Below, one piece after another: positions 25,429-34,855 of a DNA stretch of 64,000 nucleotides (positions are counted from its first letter, which is position 1; every line of letters begins with the position of its first letter). A model generated the notes under the pieces. It had not been told where the DNA came from. It was given only the letters and a program-made list of their open reading frames with translations, and did no database searches. Origin of the DNA: Eubacteriales bacterium (lineage in GTDB: Bacteria; Bacillota; Clostridia; Oscillospirales; CAG-272); the NCBI GenBank assembly GCA_045594445.1, contig JAZNYL010000092.1:787-64786 (forward strand), written 5' to 3'. The position numbers and the translations under genes are program-made.

Positions 25429-26541
25429 TTAAATAATACAGCTTTTCAGCTCCGGGTGATCGTCTGCGACATTCATTGCACGGTGAAGGCAGTTGTCAAT
25501 CAATTGCTTGCGTGGTGTGATGGTATCATCCTCACAAAATACGCTGACTCTGTTGTCAAGCAGCATGATTGATTCTTCCATGTGACCGGATTTGAGGACT
25601 TTATAGTATTCTTTGCACAGATGATGCAGATCAGCATAACGAGTCTTTGCTAACGCAAGTTGATCTGTCTGGGCGTACAATTCGATCAGACCTGTAAGTA
25701 ACAAAAGCTTTTGATATACTTGCTCATAGGGTAATGCGTCTCCTCCACTTAAAAGTGCATCAATAATACGAAGCATATACTCCATATATACGATTCGCTG
25801 CTGATTTGTTTTGTCTGAAAGGGATGTGACGAGGTTGATATTTTTTATCAAATAACGTGCCTGATTGGTAAAGCTCTTTTTGCAATATTCTTCAGCCATA
25901 TGTGATTCTCCGGCGATTTTTGCAATCTCTGCAGATCTGTAATAGCGGTCTCCGTATTCAAACGGGAGTTTTTCAAGAAGCAACATGGCGCGGGGAAAAT
26001 CTCCGACTCTCGTCAATACAGAGGCAAGCAGATAACGTGCCTCTGCCTGCATGTCAGCATCATCGGAGTAATGAATAATGCAGTTTGCAAAACGCTCACA
26101 CTCCTTTAGCATGGCCTTTTGATCGGTAAAGTTAGGGAATTGTCCCCAGTAGAGCTCCGAGATATCCAGCAAGTATTTTGCCGCACGGACGTGATATGGA
26201 TGCTCGGAGAAATACTCATACATCATGCGATATCCCTGTTCTCCGATTTCCGGAGCAGGGGGCCATTCACAGGGATTCATGGATTCTAAAGCCAAGCATT
26301 CTCTCAGAATTTTTTCGAATTCATCATCAAGGTGATCGTCGCTGATTCCCAATAATACATCAGTACTGACGTGCAATGCATGAGCCAACGGCACAATTTG
26401 AGAAATGTCCGGCATGCCAGTATCGGTTTCCCATTTTGAAATGGCTTGATTGCTGACACCAATCATTTCGGCCAGTTCTTGTTGTGTGAATTGCGAGTTT
26501 TTCCGAAAAACTTTCAATCTTTGTCCAAATGTAGTTTTCAT
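25429..26541 (-). CDS. XRE-family HTH transcriptional regulator with a large helical-repeat (TPR-like) C-terminal domain (RNPP-like architecture)
   Basis: The N-terminal FGQRLKVFRKNSQFTQQELAEMIGVSNQAISKWETDTGMPD is a canonical HTH_3. The remaining roughly 300 aa are alpha-helical-repeat-like. SD is GGAGGAA. Confidence 0.8.
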   Translation of the reverse strand: MKTTFGQRLKVFRKNSQFTQQELAEMIGVSNQAISKWETDTGMPDISQIVPLAHALHVSTDVLLGISDDHLDDEFEKILRECLALESMNPCEWPPAPEIGEQGYRMMYEYFSEHPYHVRAAKYLLDISELYWGQFPNFTDQKAMLKECERFANCIIHYSDDADMQAEARYLLASVLTRVGDFPRAMLLLEKLPFEYGDRYYRSAEIAKIAGESHMAEEYCKKSFTNQARYLIKNINLVTSLSDKTNQQRIVYMEYMLRIIDALLSGGDALPYEQVYQKLLLLTGLIELYAQTDQLALAKTRYADLHHLCKEYYKVLKSGHMEESIMLLDNRVSVFCEDDTITPRKQLIDNCLHRAMNVADDHPELKSCII

Positions 26542-26688
26542 CAGTATTTCCTCCTTTATTTGGTAGTTTCATGATATCATGCCAAACAACCGAAGTACAC
26601 ATATAAAAAGAAGATAAAAAAACAACGATGCGTAGAATCATTAGCAAGTAAGGCTTCCCGTGAAAGGGAAGCCTTATCCAAATAATCA

Positions 26689-27762
26689 TTAATTGTCGTC
26701 AAACAAAGACACCTGATTGGAGGCGCCGTTTTTACCGGGTGTCTGCGGAGCACGCAAGCCCAGATGCTCGTAAGCCAGCTTAGTCACGCATCTGCCGCGA
26801 GGCGTACGGGAAAGGAATCCGAGCTGCATCAGATAAGGCTCGTAAACGTCTTCAATGGTCACAGCCTCCTCGCCGATGGTTGCTGCAAGCGTATCAAGGC
26901 CAACGGGGCCGCCGTCGTAGAACTTGATGATGGCCTCCATCATTCGGCGGTCGGTGTTGTCAAGGCCCAGCTCGTCGATTTCCAGCTTGTTGAGCGCATA
27001 GCCTGCAATTTCGGAATCAATGGTGTCCTTACCGCTGACCATCGCAAAATCACGAACGCGCTTGAGCAAGCGGTTTGCAATACGCGGGGTGCCTCTGGAG
27101 CGAGACGCGATCTCGTAAGAGCCGTCGTCGGTAATGGCAATGCCCAAAATCCCAGCACTGCGGCGTACGATGGAGGCAAGCTCCTCCGGCGTGTAAAGCT
27201 CCAGCTTGAGCAGCACGCCAAAGCGGTCCCGCAGGGGAGTGGTCAACTGGCCGGCGCGCGTGGTTGCACCAATCAGCGTAAACTTGGGCAGATCTATACG
27301 AATGCTGCGCGCGGCAGGCCCTTTGCCGATGATAATGTCGAGTGCATAGTCCTCCATAGCAGGGTAGAGGATCTCCTCAACCGAGCGAGAAAGACGGTGA
27401 ATTTCGTCAATAAACAGCACGTCGCCCTCGTTGAGATTGGTCAAAAGCGCAGCCAGATCGCCTTGCTTTTCAATCGCGGGGCCGGAAGTGATACGGATAT
27501 TTACACCAAGCTCGTTGGCAATGATATTGGAAAGCGTGGTTTTACCAAGACCGGGAGGGCCGTAGAGCAGTACGTGGTCAAGCGATTCACCGCGCATCTT
27601 GGCTGCCTCAATATAGACCTTCAAATTCTCCTTCGCCTTGTCTTGACCTACGTAGTCGTCCAGCGTTTTAGGACGCAACGACGCGTCAATATCTGAGTCC
27701 TCGGGCGAATAGTTGGTGGATACGATGCGATTTTCAAAGTCAAATTCCTGTTCGTCAAACAT
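26689..27762 (-). CDS. ruvB: Holliday junction branch migration DNA helicase RuvB
   Basis: [12 protein letters not shown], the [10 protein letters not shown] Walker A, DEIHRL and the RuvB C-terminal winged helix. 357 aa. Confidence 0.97.
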   Translation of the reverse strand: MFDEQEFDFENRIVSTNYSPEDSDIDASLRPKTLDDYVGQDKAKENLKVYIEAAKMRGESLDHVLLYGPPGLGKTTLSNIIANELGVNIRITSGPAIEKQGDLAALLTNLNEGDVLFIDEIHRLSRSVEEILYPAMEDYALDIIIGKGPAARSIRIDLPKFTLIGATTRAGQLTTPLRDRFGVLLKLELYTPEELASIVRRSAGILGIAITDDGSYEIASRSRGTPRIANRLLKRVRDFAMVSGKDTIDSEIAGYALNKLEIDELGLDNTDRRMMEAIIKFYDGGPVGLDTLAATIGEEAVTIEDVYEPYLMQLGFLSRTPRGRCVTKLAYEHLGLRAPQTPGKNGASNQVSLFDDN

Positions 27763-27774
27763 ATCTCGCCCTCC

Positions 27775-28386
27775 TTACATCAGCTTTTTGAGTGCCTGGC
27801 GGATAATTTCCTCCAGTGTCATCTGTTCGGTTGGCATGGATTTCAGTACCGCGGTAGCCTCGGCTCTCTGATAACCGAGCACCATCAGGGCATCCAAAGC
27901 CTCTGTCAGCTTACCGCGCGCAGGAGCACCACCCTTGGCAGAAGCGCCGATCTCGGGAGTCGCGTTGAATTCGCCGCCGTGCTCCTTGATCAGCTTATCC
28001 TTGAGCTCCAGAACGATTCTTGCAGCCGTTTTAGGGCCAACTCCACTTGCCTTGGAAATTGCCTTGGTATCCTCGGTACAAACCGCCAGCGCGAATTTTT
28101 CGGGTGTCAGAAGAGACAGAATAGACATGGCTGCCTTGGGGCCAACGCCGGATACCGTGATCAGCATCTGGAAGGAATGCAGCTCGGTCTCGTCTCCGAA
28201 TCCGAACAGCTCAATGCCGTCCTCGCGGACAGCAAGATACGTATAAAGCTTTGCAGCATTACCTGCAAGCGGTAGCTTGTCGTATGTGTTCTGGCTGACC
28301 GTCAGCTTATAGCCAACGCCGCCTGCGTCAATCACGGCAAAGCCCATATTTTTCACTGCGAGCGTGCCGCTGATATAGTAATACAT
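27775..28386 (-). CDS. ruvA: Holliday junction branch migration complex subunit RuvA
   Basis: MYYYISGTL...GVGYKL N-terminus, HhH motifs (LITVSGVGPKAA, ISKASGVGPKTAARI) and a C-terminal domain III. I chose the ATG at 28386 behind AAGGAG. Confidence 0.93.
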   Translation of the reverse strand: MYYYISGTLAVKNMGFAVIDAGGVGYKLTVSQNTYDKLPLAGNAAKLYTYLAVREDGIELFGFGDETELHSFQMLITVSGVGPKAAMSILSLLTPEKFALAVCTEDTKAISKASGVGPKTAARIVLELKDKLIKEHGGEFNATPEIGASAKGGAPARGKLTEALDALMVLGYQRAEATAVLKSMPTEQMTLEEIIRQALKKLM

Positions 28387-28432
28387 AAGAACTCCTTGCA
28401 TACCGCGGGGCATGTAGCCCCGCGGTTTTTAG

Positions 28433-31279
28433 TTATGATAAAGTAGTTGTATCGGTATTTGTGGGGGATTCATCGTGGGACTCGTCGGACGATACTGTTT
28501 CAGTCGTCTTTGGCACGGGCAATTCCTTAGGCTTTTTGGGCTTGGGAACCGCAAAGAATTCACCGTAGCCGTTAATCTTGCAAAGTCTCTTTTCAAAAAT
28601 GATCAGAAGGAAGAATACGATTACCGAAATGATCGAAATCCCCGTGCCCAGCACAAGCTCCTTGGGGCAATAGATCATTTGCACCTCGTGCTCACCCACA
28701 TCCTCAATATAATAACCGACAAGTGCGTTTGCAAGCTCAAAGGTCTCCACCTGCTCGCCGTCAATCAGGACCTGCCAGCCCTTATCAAAGGGAATGGTGG
28801 TGGTGATCAGCTGGTGCTGCTTGGTGGTGGTAATCGTACCGGGGAGATAGTCCTCGCGGTAATTCTCCGGATCAATCTGTACGTTGCCTTGCTGCAATCT
28901 GGTGATTGCTTCGGTAAATAGCTGCATATCCAGCGAGTAGATAAAGGGCTTTTCAAGATCCTGCAGGAGGTAGAAGTTGTCGTAATCGTTTTTGATGGTC
29001 AGCTTGAGCTCAAGATCCTTTTTGTCAAAATCACCGATTGAAACGATTCTCCAGGTGTTGTTGTCACCCCACTTGCCAACCGATTTGCCGTTTGCAGTCA
29101 TATTGACCGATCTGGAATACACGGTGGGGAAGTAAACGAACAGCTCGGTATGCTTGGGTACCTCGTATTCAAAGATGATTGAGCCGCCGTCTCCCTTGTA
29201 AAGGTCGTGGCTGGCAGCCGAGCCCTTGGTAACGTCCTTGGTGGTCATGGAGAGCTGCTTTGCAGGAACGAAGATCTGCAGCGTTTCCTGCTCGCCAAGC
29301 ATCATGGAGATCATAGCGTTCATACGCTCAAAGGGATTTTCGTAATTGTCAAGCTGGAAATTGACGAAATCCTCGTCAACCGCGTAAGCAATGCTCATGA
29401 CGTAGGGGTTCTGATAAACTACATAGGTCTCGTTGTCATAATCGTCCGAGTCAAACGCGGGTTCGCCGTAGTACTTGTCGTAATCCTTGTCGGTCATGAT
29501 ATACTTGATGCCGAGCAAGGAATCGCTGACCGGTGTTTCACCCTGATACTGTGACCAGTGCGATTTGGAGGAATAGCCCATCATTCTCAGGAAATAAATG
29601 GTGTCGGCGTTGAGTGTCGAGGTCGAGTTGGAAAGACCGCGGATCTGCAGCGCAAGGTTATCGTTGAGCTTGCGGTGATAGGTCTTTTCCATGCGGTAGA
29701 AGGAGGTATCGTTTTCCTGCACGGTGTTGATAATCGGTCGCACCGTGTCAAGATAATCGTTGTAATAAGAATATTTGGTAAAGGTTACGTCCTTGTCAAG
29801 GTCGTTGAGATCACAAAGACCGCTGATAAACATTTCCACACAAACAAAGAAGACGAGCACGCAGGAAACAAGCTCCTTGTTTCTGACGCGCGGTAAGAGA
29901 CAAACCAGAATGGTATAAACGATCAGACAACCGATAGTCAGCCAGACCGTCTGGAAATCGTGCACGTCCACGTATTCGTTGAGGTCTTCCTTGATCATGG
30001 GCGAGAATTCCTGCAGAATGATCACGAACAGACCAATCAGGGCTGCAATACCGATCATGGGCTTGCGGCTGACCGTGCGCATATTGGCAAACGCTCTGTA
30101 AGCCATGACAATCAGGAAGAAGCAGAGCATGAAGCTGTAGCGGTTGTTGAGCCAGTTGGGCTTCTGGAATCCGTGCCATACAAGGTCGATCGAGCTTGTG
30201 GCAAAGCTGAACACAAAGATGGTGATCAGAACTGCGTACGCGATCTTTTCGCCGGTTTTGAACTTCTTGTTGAAGAAGAACATGGGCACCAGCAAAAGCG
30301 TCAGCACGCCGCAGTAAACGAAGGGAAGACCGGCAGGACGCACGGTGTCGTAGGACGAGGGAAGGAACTTATACAGCAGTTCAAGGAAGTTGAGTCGCGA
30401 GGTGAACGCCCAGTTGGGATCCGAGAAATCGGTTTTACCAAAGGTCAGAGAGTAATACGCGGTGAATACGATAAACGCTGCTATACCGATCGAGAGCACC
30501 GAGTAGAATGCGATACGCATAAACGAGCGGCCGCCATGGTAAATCTCACCGTAAGGATTGTTTGTTTGCTTGAAGCCCCACAGATAAGCGAAGAAATAGA
30601 TTGCAACCGCAATGCAGACCATATAGCCGATATAGTAGTTGCTGACAAGCGTGAGCGTCAGGAATACGACGAATACCTTGTATTTGCCGTACTTGATCAA
30701 CTGCTCCACGCCGTACATGACAAGCGGGAACCAAATAACCGCGTCGATCCACATGGTGTTGTTCTGCTGCGTGATGCAGTAGGACATCAGCGCGTACATC
30801 ACCGAGAAGGCTATGATACCGATGCGGTTGATGCGTGCTTCGGACTTATGCAGATAAAACGCCATCGTGCCTGCGCAGAAGCCTGCCTTGACCATGAACA
30901 TGAACAACAGCGCCTCACACATTCTGTCCTCGGGGAACAGACAAACGAGGTAGGAGAAGGGGCTTGCGATATAATATTCGTAAATACCCATGAACTCACC
31001 GCCGAGCGCACGAGAGAAGGAGTAGATGATGCTGGTATCACCGTTGATCACGAAATTGCGCAGGGCTTCAAAGAAATAGACGTACTGACCGTTGAGGTCC
31101 AGGACCAACACGCAGCCGTTCCCAAACGGGTAAAGCCCGCGTGACAGGTACATCAGGTAGACCAGCACGGCAGGGATGAGCATGGCGATTAAAATATACC
31201 AATATTCAGAAAGCACGGATCTGCAACGCGTTGTGCAGGTAAGCAATCCGTTCTTGATAAGAGCTTGGTTGCGTTTCAT
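28433..31279 (-). CDS. YfhO-family polytopic membrane protein (GT-C-like glycosyltransferase family)
   Basis: 948 aa with many TM segments. The N-terminal region YPFGNGCVLVLDLNGQYVYFFEALRNF...SFSRALGGEFMGIYEYYIASPFSY is typical of YfhO proteins. Confidence 0.8.
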   Translation of the reverse strand: MKRNQALIKNGLLTCTTRCRSVLSEYWYILIAMLIPAVLVYLMYLSRGLYPFGNGCVLVLDLNGQYVYFFEALRNFVINGDTSIIYSFSRALGGEFMGIYEYYIASPFSYLVCLFPEDRMCEALLFMFMVKAGFCAGTMAFYLHKSEARINRIGIIAFSVMYALMSYCITQQNNTMWIDAVIWFPLVMYGVEQLIKYGKYKVFVVFLTLTLVSNYYIGYMVCIAVAIYFFAYLWGFKQTNNPYGEIYHGGRSFMRIAFYSVLSIGIAAFIVFTAYYSLTFGKTDFSDPNWAFTSRLNFLELLYKFLPSSYDTVRPAGLPFVYCGVLTLLLVPMFFFNKKFKTGEKIAYAVLITIFVFSFATSSIDLVWHGFQKPNWLNNRYSFMLCFFLIVMAYRAFANMRTVSRKPMIGIAALIGLFVIILQEFSPMIKEDLNEYVDVHDFQTVWLTIGCLIVYTILVCLLPRVRNKELVSCVLVFFVCVEMFISGLCDLNDLDKDVTFTKYSYYNDYLDTVRPIINTVQENDTSFYRMEKTYHRKLNDNLALQIRGLSNSTSTLNADTIYFLRMMGYSSKSHWSQYQGETPVSDSLLGIKYIMTDKDYDKYYGEPAFDSDDYDNETYVVYQNPYVMSIAYAVDEDFVNFQLDNYENPFERMNAMISMMLGEQETLQIFVPAKQLSMTTKDVTKGSAASHDLYKGDGGSIIFEYEVPKHTELFVYFPTVYSRSVNMTANGKSVGKWGDNNTWRIVSIGDFDKKDLELKLTIKNDYDNFYLLQDLEKPFIYSLDMQLFTEAITRLQQGNVQIDPENYREDYLPGTITTTKQHQLITTTIPFDKGWQVLIDGEQVETFELANALVGYYIEDVGEHEVQMIYCPKELVLGTGISIISVIVFFLLIIFEKRLCKINGYGEFFAVPKPKKPKELPVPKTTETVSSDESHDESPTNTDTTTLS

Positions 31280-31501
31280 TTAGTTTGAATCCTTTCCTGT
31301 GTTTTGCACCGACTCGGATGCGGTGATGGACTTGATCGACTTTTCAAGCTTGACGCGGTCCACGTTCATGTCGCGCCCGCACCCCTTGCATATCACGCGC
31401 ACCTGACTGCCGACGCGCATGACCAAAAAATCAGCGCACCCGCAGGGATGCGGCTTTTTGAGATGCAAAAGATCTCCGGGCTGTATCTTAATAATATTCA
31501 T
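31280..31501 (-). CDS. DUF951 family small protein
   Basis: IKIQPGDLLHLKKPHPCGC...VICKGCGRDMNV matches the four-Cys DUF951 pattern. The ATG at 31501 follows GGAG. Its stop abuts the yfhO start (TAAATG). Confidence 0.75.
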   Translation of the reverse strand: MNIIKIQPGDLLHLKKPHPCGCADFLVMRVGSQVRVICKGCGRDMNVDRVKLEKSIKSITASESVQNTGKDSN

Positions 31502-31578
31502 AGTCGTCTCCGTGCCGCATGGGAGCGGCAATCATGTGGTTGCTTTGATCAAAAGAACGAAAGCAGATAATCTATCCT

Positions 31579-31607
31579 ATTATACCATAAATTGTCCCGT
31601 TTGTAAA
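31579..31607 (-). promoter_or_regulatory. Sigma-A-type promoter for the DUF951-yfhO transcript
   Basis: On the minus strand: TTTACA (31607-31602), a 17-nt spacer, then TATAAT (31584-31579). Confidence 0.6.
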
Positions 31608-31655
31608 CGATTATTCGGAGATTATTATAAAAAAATAAAATTTAATAAATAGTAT

Positions 31656-31684
31656 TTGACACGCGCGCGAAGAAGTGCTATAAT
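31656..31684 (+). promoter_or_regulatory. Consensus sigma-A promoter of ruvC
   Basis: TTGACA (31656-31661), a 17-nt spacer, then TATAAT (31679-31684) with a TG extension (gTGcTATAAT). Confidence 0.7.
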
Positions 31685-31727
31685 TTAATATGAATTATTA
31701 TGGGCAATTATTGCCAGGGGAGGAAAT

Positions 31728-32225
31728 ATGGTCATACTCGGAATTGACCCCGGTCTTGCGATCGTTGGTTGGGGTGTCGTTTCATACGACGGAGTCAGAT
31801 TCAAAACGCTTGGCTACGGCTCAATTCAGACGCCTGCCGGCACGCCTACGCAGGATCGCCTTGAAATGATCTGGAAGGGCATGAACGAGCTGTTTGACCG
31901 CTACAAGCCGGATCAGATGGCGGTGGAGGAGCTTTTCTTCAATACAAACGTCACGACCGGTATCGCAGTTGCCGAGGCGAGAGGCGTGGTACTGCTTTCA
32001 GGCATTCAGCACGGCATTCGCGTCGCAGAATACACTCCCTTGCAGGTCAAGCAAGCCGTGGTTGGATATGGCAGAGCCGAGAAAAAGCAGGTCATTACCA
32101 TGGTGACAAGCCTTTTGGGACTCCCCAAACCACCCAAGCCCGATGATACGGCCGACGCGCTGGCAATTGCAATCTGCCATGCGCACAGCGGCTGCTCCCG
32201 ACTTGCAAACTACTATAACAAATAA
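31728..32225 (+). CDS. ruvC: Crossover junction endodeoxyribonuclease RuvC
   Basis: ILGIDPGLAIVGWG start, an EELFF acidic motif and a C-terminal DDTADALAIAICHA. 165 aa. Confidence 0.95.
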   Translation: MVILGIDPGLAIVGWGVVSYDGVRFKTLGYGSIQTPAGTPTQDRLEMIWKGMNELFDRYKPDQMAVEELFFNTNVTTGIAVAEARGVVLLSGIQHGIRVAEYTPLQVKQAVVGYGRAEKKQVITMVTSLLGLPKPPKPDDTADALAIAICHAHSGCSRLANYYNK

Positions 32226-32242
32226 CCGCATGGAGGTTTATT

Positions 32243-33103
32243 ATGTGGTGTTCTGAAAATTGGAAGGATTACGAATTGCTTGATACCTCGGACGGCGAGC
32301 GTCTGGAGCGTTGGGGCAAATATATACTGGTCAGACCCGACCCACAGATCATCTGGAAGGGTGTGGCCGAGCATCCCGCATGGAAGCGCGCTGACGGCGT
32401 GTACCGTCGCTCTTCCTCGGGCGGTGGTAGCTGGGTAAAGAACAAGCTGCCCGAATCCTGGAATATTTCGTACGGAGAGCTGAATTTCGTGCTGCGCCCC
32501 ATGGGCTTCAAGCATACGGGCCTGTTTCCCGAGCAGGCTGCAAACTGGGATTGGTTTTCGGAGCTGATCCGCAAGGCAAATCGCCCCGTCAAGGTGCTCA
32601 ATCTCTTTGCTTATACGGGCGGCGCCACCGTGGCAGCCGCTGCTGCGGGTGCATCAGTCGTGCACGTCGATGCGGCCAAGGGCATTGTGGCGCAGGCCAA
32701 AGAAAATGCGGCCCTTTCGGGGCTGCAGGACGCGCCCATCCGCTATATCGTGGACGATTGCAAGAAGTTTGTTGAGCGTGAGATCAGACGAGGCAACAAA
32801 TACGACGGCATTATCATGGATCCGCCCTCTTACGGCAGAGGCCCTAACGGCGAGGTATGGAAGTTAGAGGATTGCGTGGATGAATTCGTCGGCCTTGCTT
32901 CTCAGCTGCTCTCGGACGATCCGCTCTTTTTCCTGATTAATTCTTATACCACGGGACTCTCTCCCATGACCATGAGCTATTTGCTGGAGCTCAACGTCAA
33001 GCGCAAGTTTGGCGGCCACGTGGAATCGGGCGAGCTTGGATTGAAGGTCACGCGGACGGGCAGCTATCTGCCTTGCGGTGCAAGCTCTCGTTGGCAGAGG
33101 TAA
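32243..33103 (+). CDS. Class I SAM-dependent methyltransferase (RlmI/RlmK-like, Methyltrans_SAM type)
   Basis: VLNLFAYTGGATVAAAAAGA (motif I), IIMDPPSYGRG (motif IV) and an N-terminal PUA-like region. Confidence 0.8.
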   Translation: MWCSENWKDYELLDTSDGERLERWGKYILVRPDPQIIWKGVAEHPAWKRADGVYRRSSSGGGSWVKNKLPESWNISYGELNFVLRPMGFKHTGLFPEQAANWDWFSELIRKANRPVKVLNLFAYTGGATVAAAAAGASVVHVDAAKGIVAQAKENAALSGLQDAPIRYIVDDCKKFVEREIRRGNKYDGIIMDPPSYGRGPNGEVWKLEDCVDEFVGLASQLLSDDPLFFLINSYTTGLSPMTMSYLLELNVKRKFGGHVESGELGLKVTRTGSYLPCGASSRWQR

Positions 33104-33105
33104 TT

Positions 33106-33981
33106 ATGGCAGAATTTATTGAGATCAAGAATTTGCATTTTTCCTACAACAAGGATGAAAACAAACAAAACGACGACGTGCTTTGCGGCGTGGATCTGAC
33201 AATCAGACGCGGCGAGTACGTTGCCGTTCTCGGGCGTAACGGCTCGGGAAAATCCACGCTCGCCAAGCTGCTCAACTTAGTCATTGACGACCTTGAAAAC
33301 GCACAGGGCGAGATTTTGGTGGACGGTGTCAATATCCTGTCCGAGGATATGACCGAGGATATGGCATTTGACCTGCGCAAAAAGGTGGGTATGGTATTCC
33401 AGAATCCCGACAATCAGTTGGTTGCAACGGTGGTTGAAGAGGACGTGGCGTTCGGCCCGGAAAACCTGGGACTTGATCCCACAGAGATCCGTCGCCGCGT
33501 GGACGAGGCACTTGCCACGGTTGGCATGAGCGAGTTTGCCAAAAGAGAGCCTCACAGACTCTCGGGTGGACAAAAGCAGCGCGTTGCCATTGCGGGCGTG
33601 ATCGCCATGATGCCGGATTGCATCATTTTCGACGAATCCACGGCTATGCTGGATCCCGTCGGACGCAAGGATATCGTTGCCACCATGGAAAAGCTCAACC
33701 GTGAGCACGGCATTACAGTGCTGACTATTACGCATTATATGGAAGAGGCAGTACGCGCAGATCGCGTGGTCGTGCTCAATCACGGCAAAATTGCCGTACA
33801 AGGAACTCCGTCGGAGGTCTTTTCCAACGCAAAAGCTCTTCGAGATGCAGGCCTTGAGCTGCCGCAATGCGCGCAGTTGCTGGAAGCTTTGACCAATGCC
33901 GGCATGCCGATTGCACAATGCGGCATTACGCCAGAGGATTGTGCACGCATCATCCTGCAAGCAGGAGGTGACAGAGCATGA
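33106..33981 (+). CDS. ecfA1: Energy-coupling factor transporter ATPase EcfA1
   Basis: ABC motifs GRNGSGKST, LSGGQKQRVAIAG and IIFDEST. The ATG at 33106 follows GAGG. It is the first gene of ecfA-ecfA'-ecfT. Confidence 0.92.
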   Translation: MAEFIEIKNLHFSYNKDENKQNDDVLCGVDLTIRRGEYVAVLGRNGSGKSTLAKLLNLVIDDLENAQGEILVDGVNILSEDMTEDMAFDLRKKVGMVFQNPDNQLVATVVEEDVAFGPENLGLDPTEIRRRVDEALATVGMSEFAKREPHRLSGGQKQRVAIAGVIAMMPDCIIFDESTAMLDPVGRKDIVATMEKLNREHGITVLTITHYMEEAVRADRVVVLNHGKIAVQGTPSEVFSNAKALRDAGLELPQCAQLLEALTNAGMPIAQCGITPEDCARIILQAGGDRA

Positions 33982-34835
33982 GCGCAAAGCTGGAATTACA
34001 AAACGTCACGTATTATTACGGTAAGGGGACGGCCTTTGAGGTCAAAGCGCTGGATCAGGTCAGCTTTGCCGTCCGGGAAACGTCCATAACAGGTCTGATC
34101 GGACACACGGGATCGGGCAAATCCACGCTTGCACAGCTTTTCAACGGTCTTGAAAAGCCGAACGAGGGCAAGGTGCTGCTTGACGGTGAGGATATTTGGG
34201 ACAAGAAATACAAGGGCGGACGTCTTTGCTTCCGAGTCGGCCTTGTCATGCAATATCCGGAATATCAGCTCTTTGAGGAAACGGTATTCAATGACGTTGC
34301 ATTCGGCCCGCGTAACAAGGGCGTTGGCGAAGAGGAAGTCAAAAAACTCGTCATGGATGCCATTGAATTCGTAGGATTGACACCGGACATTTTGGAGCAA
34401 TCTCCGTTTGATCTTTCGGGCGGTCAGAAGCGCCGCGTGGCGATTGCGGGCGTTATGGCCATGCAGCCCGAGGTGTTGGTGCTTGACGAGCCCGCCGCTG
34501 GACTTGATCCCTCGGGCAGATCCGATATTTTCGGAGGTATCAGGCGATACAGAGATACGACGGGAGCCACCGTTATCATCGTCAGCCACAGCATGGAGGA
34601 TATGGCAGAATACTGCGACGACGTGATCGTCATGCATCACGGAACCGTCATGCTGACAGGACCCAAGGACAGCGTGTTTGCCGACAGCGACAAGCTTGCA
34701 GAGGCGGGGCTGGATATTCCACAGATCACGCGCGTCATGCGCCTGCTTGCGCAAAGCGGACTTGACGTGGATGCATCGGTATGCACCAAGGATCAGGCTG
34801 TCACAGAGCTGATCAGGGCTTACAAACTCAAATAA
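33978..34835 (+). CDS. ecfA2: Energy-coupling factor transporter ATPase EcfA2
   Basis: GHTGSGKST, LSGGQKRRVAIAG and LVLDEPAAGLDP. ATGA start/stop overlap with ecfA1. Confidence 0.92.
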   Translation: MSAKLELQNVTYYYGKGTAFEVKALDQVSFAVRETSITGLIGHTGSGKSTLAQLFNGLEKPNEGKVLLDGEDIWDKKYKGGRLCFRVGLVMQYPEYQLFEETVFNDVAFGPRNKGVGEEEVKKLVMDAIEFVGLTPDILEQSPFDLSGGQKRRVAIAGVMAMQPEVLVLDEPAAGLDPSGRSDIFGGIRRYRDTTGATVIIVSHSMEDMAEYCDDVIVMHHGTVMLTGPKDSVFADSDKLAEAGLDIPQITRVMRLLAQSGLDVDASVCTKDQAVTELIRAYKLK

Positions 34836-34855
34836 ACGAAAAGGGAACTTTATCA

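Noticed and set aside
26542-26688. Search for a small signalling-peptide ORF next to the RNPP-like regulator
   Set aside because: The only open frame here (part of the 26360-26689 minus-strand ORF) overlaps the regulator's own 5' end out of frame. It has no SD and no signal-peptide-like or typical pro-peptide features, so no peptide gene is claimed.
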